A stretch of DNA of 6,413 bases. It comes from Nanopusillaceae archaeon. Lineage in GTDB: Archaea > Nanobdellota > Nanobdellia > Nanobdellales > Nanobdellaceae. The stretch lies in assembly GCA_049973735.1 (NCBI GenBank), contig JBMFJL010000032.1, positions 1 to 6,413 of the forward strand, written 5' to 3'. Positions 1 to 5,278 of this stretch are shown piece after piece; position 1 is the first letter of the stretch, and the number at the start of each line of letters is the position of its first letter. The position numbers and the translations under genes are program-made. Below the pieces are notes generated by a model that worked only from the letters and a program-made list of their open reading frames with translations, ran no database searches and was not told the origin of the DNA.

Positions 1-45
1 TTCTGCAGAATTATAAACAGTACCATAAATACCTAGTTTAGTCAT
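1..45 (-). CDS. Possible 5' end of a leftward gene running off the window (MTKLGIYGTVYNSAE...); product unknown
   Basis: The reverse complement of 1-45 reads ATG plus 14 open codons in frame to the window edge. A TTTTATTAATA box (76 down to 66) lies 30-31 nt upstream of this ATG, the same spacing as for the well-supported genes. Only 15 codons are visible, so this is weak. Confidence 0.3.
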   Translation of the reverse strand, partial: MTKLGIYGTVYNSAE

Positions 46-65
46 AAATATAATTGAGTATGCAA

Positions 66-76
66 TATTAATAAAA
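66..76 (-). promoter_or_regulatory. TATA-like box for the leftward stub gene
   Basis: Minus-strand TTTTATTAATA lies 30-31 nt before the ATG at 45. It is divergent from the lemA promoter. Confidence 0.3.
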
Positions 77-174
77 CATGTTGAACTCAAGATTATCAGT
101 TAATTTGTATAATGATAAAATTTTGCCTAACTGTTTATTAATAAATAAGTAATAGTTACTGATCAAGAATAATC

Positions 175-188
175 ATAATATTTATAAA
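175..188 (+). promoter_or_regulatory. Archaeal-type TATA box with upstream flank for lemA
   Basis: ATAATATTTATAAA. The TTTATAAA box begins at 181, 31 nt before the ATG at 212. The 13-mer ATAATATTTATAA recurs at 2362-2374 upstream of the next transcription unit. No Shine-Dalgarno motif is present. Confidence 0.5.
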
Positions 189-211
189 TTACAGACAATT
201 TATCTATCTAT

Positions 212-838
212 ATGGATACTGTGCTTTTAGTTGTTCTAATTGTTGTATTAATAGTGGTAATTTTTGTGATTCTCATAATATTAGGCAACAATAAGATAGT
301 AAAACTAGAACAGGAAGCAGATAAAGCATGGAGTGATATAGATATTGAAATTAAAAGAACGGCATCTTTAATACCAAATCTGGTAAATGTATTAAAAGGA
401 GCTGTTGGAGCTGAACAAAAATTATTGATTCCGATAGTTAATTCAATATCTAGCGCTTATGCAAATCTTTTCCAGGTTTACAATAATCCTTCCTCAGGAC
501 ATGATGAAAAGGTAAGAGCTGCGGCGGGATTCTTTGCAACCCTATATCCAATTGTTCTACAATTACCAAGCTGGCCAGTATGGCCCCAATTACAGTCTTT
601 ACCACAATTTAGAGAATTATGGAATGATATAAGAGTATCGATAGATAAAATAGCAAATGCTGAAAAGTACTATAATGATGCAGCAAAAATGTACAATACA
701 GCAATACAAACATTCCCATGGTCTATTGCTGCAATGATATTGCACAAAAAGAGAAAAGAATACTTCGAATATAAAGGAAGAGAAGAAGCTATGAGAAGAA
801 TTGAAAGTGGAGAGCTTACTGCAGGACTTCAATTTTAA
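212..838 (+). CDS. lemA: LemA family membrane protein
   Basis: An N-terminal TM helix (aa 4-25, VLLVVLIVVLIVVIFVILIILG) is followed by LemA signatures. These are KAWSDIDIEIKRTASLIPNLVNVLKG (family pattern AWsxIdvqLkRRxDLIPNLVxtVKG) and C-terminal YYNDAAKMYNTAIQTFPWSIAA...EYFE (pattern YNdaVxxYNtxixtFPsnlvA..yFe). The 208 aa length is typical of the family. Confidence 0.9.
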   Translation: MDTVLLVVLIVVLIVVIFVILIILGNNKIVKLEQEADKAWSDIDIEIKRTASLIPNLVNVLKGAVGAEQKLLIPIVNSISSAYANLFQVYNNPSSGHDEKVRAAAGFFATLYPIVLQLPSWPVWPQLQSLPQFRELWNDIRVSIDKIANAEKYYNDAAKMYNTAIQTFPWSIAAMILHKKRKEYFEYKGREEAMRRIESGELTAGLQF

Positions 839-852
839 AATTTTTTTGAATT

Positions 853-2346
853 ATGCAATATACAAATATATTTCAATATAGAGATAAGTTACAGAAGATA
901 TCTAATCAATTGAAAAATACTCTAATATTAACTCCAATTTTAATATCAGTAATTTTTTCCTCAATATTATATTTTTTATTCTCATTAGTATACTTTCAAT
1001 ATGCTATATTTTTTGTACCATACTTCTCAGCAATTATACTTGCCTCAATAACACTGTCTGTGATAATATTTAACTCAACGTTAAAAAAAGGTATTAACAA
1101 TATTTCATGGTCGGATGTAGCAGAATATTTAATAATCTATGCAGTTTTATATGTTATATTTCTATTTTTAACAAGATATACAATTGTATATTTTGTTCTT
1201 GAAAATCCAAGCATTTTCAATATGTTAATAAATGATCCTGGAATAAAATTATTCCCTAATAATCTTATATTAGGATGGATAATAATTCCTACCCTTTTAA
1301 GTTTTATTTATTTTATCTTAATTACTGTTCTTGTTAGTTTTATAGTTTATTATCCATTATTAAAAAATACCGAAAAAGAAATAAAACAGAATATAGGTTT
1401 ATTTATAAAAAATATATTACTAGCTAAGGAACCTACTACTGACCAAGAGAAGCAAGCAGAAAGAATTATCAAAACTGTAGGTATAGCATTTGGTATACCC
1501 GAATATAAAGTTAAAGTATATATACTACCTTGGACGGAAATAAATGCTTTCGTAGCAGAAGATGATAATTATATATATTTTGGCATTACTTCCGGTGCAA
1601 TAAATAACCTTGACTATTATGAATTACAAAGTTTAGCTGGACATGAATTCGCCCATGTTTATAACAAAGATACAAAAATTATGACTGAAGTAGGTATATC
1701 AAACAGTTTATCTATATTACTATCCTGGGTATTAATGACAATTATACCTTATATACTTGCAGACTATGGTTTCTTATCAAAACCATCTGATGAAAAGAAT
1801 ATAGGAAAAGATATAGCAAATAAAATGTTATATCATTTTGTTAGTGGGAAAAGAAAAGAAAAATCCTTGACAAATATTATAATTGCCAACATCGCAATGT
1901 TTGTAGGTATTTTAGGGCATACATATTCTCTAAGTAAATTTAGAAAACTAGCAAGTGAATTATCTCAAGATAGAGAATTACTAGCAGATTTGCAAAGTTC
2001 ATATGTTACAAAATATCCTGAAGGGCTAGTTAAAGTCTTATCTAAAGCAGGTTTGCTTATAATAAAAGAAGGAAAAGTAAATAACTATAAAAAACAAGTA
2101 GTAGGGAAGAAAATAGGTTTCTTTGATATTTTAAAGGAATTAATAGAACATAAAAAGAAACTTAAATCTATACCAATAGATAAATTATTAGCCTCTGAAA
2201 ATTTACCAGAAACTACAAAATTGATGCTATTTAACTCTGATTTACCAACACATCCAAAAATATGGAAGAGAATAGAAACTATTTGTTCATATTCTAGACT
2301 CACACCACCTCAGGAGTACTATATATTAAAACAGTATGACATTTAA
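853..2346 (+). CDS. Polytopic M48-family (HtpX-like) zinc metallopeptidase
   Basis: HEFAH zinc motif at aa 264-268 (nt 1642-1656), preceded by the typical NAF...I.....L....EL.....HE context (EINAFVAEDDNYIYFGITSGAINNLDYYELQSLAGHEFAHV). Two hydrophobic helices follow it (aa 281-304 and 339-356). Then come the third-ligand Glu in SQDRELLAD (E375, nt 1975-1977) and the M48 C-terminal THPKIWKRI motif (aa 466-474, from nt 2248). About four to five additional TM helices lie in aa 24-168. Confidence 0.85.
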   Translation: MQYTNIFQYRDKLQKISNQLKNTLILTPILISVIFSSILYFLFSLVYFQYAIFFVPYFSAIILASITLSVIIFNSTLKKGINNISWSDVAEYLIIYAVLYVIFLFLTRYTIVYFVLENPSIFNMLINDPGIKLFPNNLILGWIIIPTLLSFIYFILITVLVSFIVYYPLLKNTEKEIKQNIGLFIKNILLAKEPTTDQEKQAERIIKTVGIAFGIPEYKVKVYILPWTEINAFVAEDDNYIYFGITSGAINNLDYYELQSLAGHEFAHVYNKDTKIMTEVGISNSLSILLSWVLMTIIPYILADYGFLSKPSDEKNIGKDIANKMLYHFVSGKRKEKSLTNIIIANIAMFVGILGHTYSLSKFRKLASELSQDRELLADLQSSYVTKYPEGLVKVLSKAGLLIIKEGKVNNYKKQVVGKKIGFFDILKELIEHKKKLKSIPIDKLLASENLPETTKLMLFNSDLPTHPKIWKRIETICSYSRLTPPQEYYILKQYDI

Positions 2347-2361
2347 TATCACTACCACTAG

Positions 2362-2375
2362 ATAATATTTATAAG
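2362..2375 (+). promoter_or_regulatory. Archaeal-type TATA box for the 2390/2399 gene
   Basis: ATAATATTTATAAG. The box begins at 2368, 22 nt before the ATG at 2390 and exactly 31 nt before the in-frame ATG at 2399. Confidence 0.45.
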
Positions 2376-2389
2376 TTCACAAGTATCTT

Positions 2390-3124
2390 ATGAATTTTAT
2401 GAAATATGAACCGATATCTTTGAGTCTAAGCTATGTAATAGAAAATAAAAACTGGCAAAAAGAAGAAGAATTAAAGATGGTTGGATCAAAGGCCCTTTCT
2501 TCTAAAATATTAAAACCATATGTTAATGGTATTGATATTTATAAAACTTATAATTTAAATCTTGATATTACTTTATCCAATTTAAAATTAAAAACAATTG
2601 AAACAAAAAACAGATACTACGTTATATCAATAAAATGTGGATCTGGTATTAATCATATGTACTATTTATCTACTGAAGAATTAACCACCTTGTTAAAAAA
2701 GATTTCTGAAACAAATTTTGACATAGATTGTAAATATCTTAAAAACATTGTAGAAAATAGTCAATCCATTTTATCTTTAAAATATAGAAAAAATCCAGAA
2801 AAAAGTATAAAAGATGGAAAAATAAATATAAAAACTGCATATACTTTAAATATCCCAGGTAGTAATAATTATCTAATAGCAACAGAGAAAGAAAGTTATT
2901 CTATATTTCGTTTAAATGAAGAAACGGAAAATCTAATTGATGAAATAATCGGAAAAAATCCAAAATATGTTTTAATTGAAGTACCTGGAAGATTCTCTAT
3001 AAGAGCTTACAATATCGGAGATTCTTATGCTGTTTACTCTAGCGAAGATGGAAAATTTAAAGAAATTGGAAAATTAGGCATTGATGATTTAATAAACATG
3101 GTAGAAAAAATTTTAATAAACTGA
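2390..3124 (+). CDS. Hypothetical protein (244 aa, or 241 aa if the start is at 2399) with three beta-hairpin-plus-helix modules
   Basis: A 244-codon open frame. In DNA this AT-rich I estimate from base composition that a random frame hits a stop about every 10-12 codons. It has its own TATA box and strong oligo-T tracts downstream. I recognise no family motif. Confidence 0.7.
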   Translation: MNFMKYEPISLSLSYVIENKNWQKEEELKMVGSKALSSKILKPYVNGIDIYKTYNLNLDITLSNLKLKTIETKNRYYVISIKCGSGINHMYYLSTEELTTLLKKISETNFDIDCKYLKNIVENSQSILSLKYRKNPEKSIKDGKINIKTAYTLNIPGSNNYLIATEKESYSIFRLNEETENLIDEIIGKNPKYVLIEVPGRFSIRAYNIGDSYAVYSSEDGKFKEIGKLGIDDLINMVEKILIN

Positions 3125-3187
3125 TCTTTATTTTTGACCATTTTTAGCTAAGTATAAATTATTTACATTGTATATTTTTTTATTTTT
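3125..3187 (+). terminator. Oligo-T terminator region after the 2390-3124 gene
   Basis: T5 at 3131-3135, T5 at 3141-3145, T7 at 3175-3181 and T5 at 3183-3187, directly after the TGA stop at 3122-3124. Oligo-T runs are the known archaeal termination signal. Confidence 0.45.
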
Positions 3188-3252
3188 AAGTATTTATCTA
3201 AATATTATTAAAAACCTTGGAACTGTTAAGTTAAAATATTATTAAGAGCGAA

Positions 3253-3270
3253 GACAAAAGTTTATAAATA
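3253..3270 (+). promoter_or_regulatory. Archaeal-type promoter (purine-rich BRE-like flank plus TATA box) for the 3292 gene
   Basis: GACAAAAG followed by TTTATAAATA. The box begins at 3261, exactly 31 nt before the ATG at 3292, identical to the lemA spacing. Confidence 0.5.
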
Positions 3271-3291
3271 TTTCTATGTTATTACTATTAA

Positions 3292-3918
3292 ATGGTTATA
3301 AGCCTTACACTTGATGATCTAATCAGGAATAATCATTATTACAGCAAAAATAATGAGGTAAAGAGAAAAGGAGATATTACTTTTGGATATATTAAAGAAA
3401 CTGTAGATAGAAATAGCATAATAAAAAATAATGCGGATAATGTTATTTTAGTTGTAAAAACTCCAAAAATAGATGAATATGCAAGATCACATTTTTTCCT
3501 AAAGAGTCTTTACCATGAACCTGGTGGCGAGCCATCAGATATATATTACCTAAAATCTTCTGTAGAATATATTGGAAAACTGGGAAAAGAACTTACACCT
3601 TATGCTATTATAGAATTGAATAGAGAAGATTTAGAATATATTACCTATGCTCCCGAAGGAAAATATATCGCTAATATCGGTTATTTAGGAATAAGAAAAC
3701 CAAAAGAATTGTTAAGTAAGTTATCTAAAATGTATATGAATAAAGATGCTGAAGTCGGGACAGAGGATATTAGGAAATTTTTAAAATATATGAAAGAAGA
3801 ATTGGAATATTCGATGTATTCGATAGACAAGACTGATGATTTAATTGATATAGTAAGAAAAATTATTATTAAATGGATAGAACAAAATACAGAGGGTAAT
3901 AAGTATATTATGTTGTGA
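3292..3918 (+). CDS. Hypothetical protein (208 aa)
   Basis: A 208-codon open frame in about 25% G+C DNA with a canonical TATA box at -31. No recognisable catalytic motif. It contains beta-hairpin-plus-helix segments resembling those of its two neighbours. Confidence 0.7.
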   Translation: MVISLTLDDLIRNNHYYSKNNEVKRKGDITFGYIKETVDRNSIIKNNADNVILVVKTPKIDEYARSHFFLKSLYHEPGGEPSDIYYLKSSVEYIGKLGKELTPYAIIELNREDLEYITYAPEGKYIANIGYLGIRKPKELLSKLSKMYMNKDAEVGTEDIRKFLKYMKEELEYSMYSIDKTDDLIDIVRKIIIKWIEQNTEGNKYIML

Positions 3919-3980
3919 AGGTAAAATATCTGGTATTAAAATATTATTAAATAACTTTTTCTATAATTTATTTTTAATAA

Positions 3981-4589
3981 ATGGATGTCAAACTATGCAT
4001 GTATATAAAATATAAAGAAAGAAATGAAAAAAGTATAGATCTTTGTTTTTCTAACCTGGATAACTTTTTATATAGTCTAAAAAATATTATTGACCTTGAA
4101 AAAAGTAAAATAAAGATATTTATGACCGAAAAATATCAAATATATAAAGAAAGTCTACATAAAGATAATGGAGAATTTATAGAAGAAATAAAGATAGCAA
4201 ATAATAAAGATAAAATGGAACTTTATATATTTACAAAAAATTATATCATACTTAATAAACTCCCAAAATGTGATAAAGATTGCAAGCATGAATATACAAA
4301 TACTATTGGAATTATTAAAAAACATATAGATTGTGATAAAAAATATAGAATTAAAAATACAGACATTTGCATAGGTTCATTAAAACTAACTAAAATATTA
4401 GAATTCTACACAAAAAACAACGAAGGATATCTAAAAGTTCAAGAAAATAATAAAATATATGAAATATCATCTAAAAATTTTGTATCGCTGGAAGAAATAA
4501 TAGAGAATTTCATACCCGAAAAAAATAATATAAGTACTTTAGTAAAAGTATATAATATTTTAAATGAAATCATAAAAAATATGCCATAA
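3981..4589 (+). CDS. Hypothetical protein (202 aa) with a Cys/His cluster
   Basis: A 202-codon open frame in very AT-rich DNA. Cys cluster C97-x3-C101-x16-C118-x11-C130 with H103 and H115. The start is ambiguous between the ATG at 3981 and the in-frame ATG at 3999, because the A/T boxes upstream are poorly defined. Confidence 0.65.
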   Translation: MDVKLCMYIKYKERNEKSIDLCFSNLDNFLYSLKNIIDLEKSKIKIFMTEKYQIYKESLHKDNGEFIEEIKIANNKDKMELYIFTKNYIILNKLPKCDKDCKHEYTNTIGIIKKHIDCDKKYRIKNTDICIGSLKLTKILEFYTKNNEGYLKVQENNKIYEISSKNFVSLEEIIENFIPEKNNISTLVKVYNILNEIIKNMP

Positions 4590-4591
4590 GG

Positions 4592-4602
4592 TTTTAAATT
4601 TA
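4592..4602 (+). promoter_or_regulatory. Weak TATA-like box for the 4620 gene
   Basis: TTTTAAATTTA is centred about 23-24 nt before the ATG at 4620. It begins 2 nt after the upstream stop codon (4587-4589), so co-transcription with the upstream gene is an equally good alternative. Confidence 0.3.
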
Positions 4603-4619
4603 TTTACAACTTTTATTAT

Positions 4620-5246
4620 ATGCTAAATGCATATTCTACATTGGATGATGAGATAAAGAAATTGGATAATTTACTTAGACATAATTTAGAACATACATTA
4701 ACAAAAATATATAATTTGATAAAAGAAAAGGAACCAGTTTTGGATATCTTGCATAACATTGTTAATATATATAGAAGGAATGCTACAAAGAACTTAAAAA
4801 GATTAGGAAAAATATTTGGTGAAAATAACGAAAATGATTTATATAAACTATCTATTACCATCAGAAATATTTTGAATAACATTTATAGTACACTTAATTT
4901 AGTCAAGAATGAAGAGACTGCAAGAAATCTAATACAATATTATAACTTAATATTAAAATATGGTTCAGAAAATATTTCTAAATTGGATATTTATAAGCTA
5001 GAAGAATTGACTAGATATATAAGAAACATAGCTAAATATTCTAAAAGCGATAAAATTATAGAAAAAGTTCTTCAAGCTATTACAAATAGTTTATATAATA
5101 ATATTGACATCGATAAGATAGAGAAATTTGTCAGATCTATATATATTTATTCATTTTCAAAGGGAAAAAGTATTGGAAAGATTGATATAGAAAAAGAAGA
5201 AGAATTGCTAAACTATATAGAAAAATATAGTTCATTGGGTACTTAA
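4620..5246 (+). CDS. Hypothetical protein (208 aa), predicted all-alpha
   Basis: A 208-codon open frame. The composition and periodicity (K/E/N/I/L-rich, no Pro/Gly-rich turns) suggest a helical bundle or repeat. No family is recognised. Confidence 0.65.
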   Translation: MLNAYSTLDDEIKKLDNLLRHNLEHTLTKIYNLIKEKEPVLDILHNIVNIYRRNATKNLKRLGKIFGENNENDLYKLSITIRNILNNIYSTLNLVKNEETARNLIQYYNLILKYGSENISKLDIYKLEELTRYIRNIAKYSKSDKIIEKVLQAITNSLYNNIDIDKIEKFVRSIYIYSFSKGKSIGKIDIEKEEELLNYIEKYSSLGT

Positions 5247-5260
5247 ATTATAAATAAAAT

Positions 5261-5278
5261 AAAGATTTACTAATCTTT
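5261..5278. terminator. Short A/T hairpin in the convergent junction
   Basis: AAAGATT-TACT-AATCTTT, a perfect 7-bp stem with a 4-nt loop. It spans the 23-nt gap between the converging genes and overlaps the TAG stop of the minus-strand gene (5270-5272). The stem is mostly A/T with one G-C pair, so stability and function are doubtful. Confidence 0.2.

Noticed and set aside
134-145. Perfect 12-bp palindrome TTTATTAATAAA between the divergent promoters
   Set aside because: It consists only of A/T in roughly 25% G+C DNA, so palindromes of this kind are common by chance. There is no second copy and no supporting context. It might be an operator, but that is not supportable from sequence alone.
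112-162. C/D-box sRNA-like arrangement (ATGATAA at 112-118, CTGA at 159-162, about 50 nt apart)
   Set aside because: The putative C box has A in place of the G that must pair with the D-box C (AUGAUAA rather than RUGAUGA). It has no terminal stem and no internal D'/C' boxes. It also lies in a divergent promoter region where A/T-rich near-matches are expected by chance.
201-213. 13-mer TATCTATCTATAT repeated at 201-213 and 5939-5951
   Set aside because: My composition-based estimate is that several exact 13-mer repeats are expected by chance in a window of this size and A/T bias. It is a simple TATC/TATA-type low-complexity string with no consistent position relative to genes.
617-832. 71-aa minus-strand ORF from the ORF track
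   Set aside because: It lies entirely antisense to the well-supported lemA gene. Its product is low-complexity, F/S/C/I-rich sequence typical of a shadow frame. It has no promoter box.
2085-2303. 72-aa minus-strand ORF from the ORF track
   Set aside because: It lies entirely antisense to the conserved C-terminal part of the M48 peptidase, including the THP..RI motif region, so it is a shadow ORF.
3523-3546. GGEPSDIY in the 3292 protein as a possible minimal nucleotidyltransferase (G[SG]...D.D) motif, which would pair with the R-x4-H in the 4620 protein as an MNT-HEPN system
   Set aside because: The spacing is wrong: only about 3 residues separate GG from SD, where about 10 are expected. The second acidic residue is Tyr, and the surrounding sequence lacks the nucleotidyltransferase beta-strand pattern. 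The genes are also not adjacent.
4616-4882. 88-aa minus-strand ORF from the ORF track
   Set aside because: It is antisense to the 5' part of the 208-aa plus-strand ORF at 4620-5246. It is much shorter, and F/L/S-rich as expected for the complement of K/E/N-rich coding sequence. Running against the co-directional block, it would have no room for a promoter.
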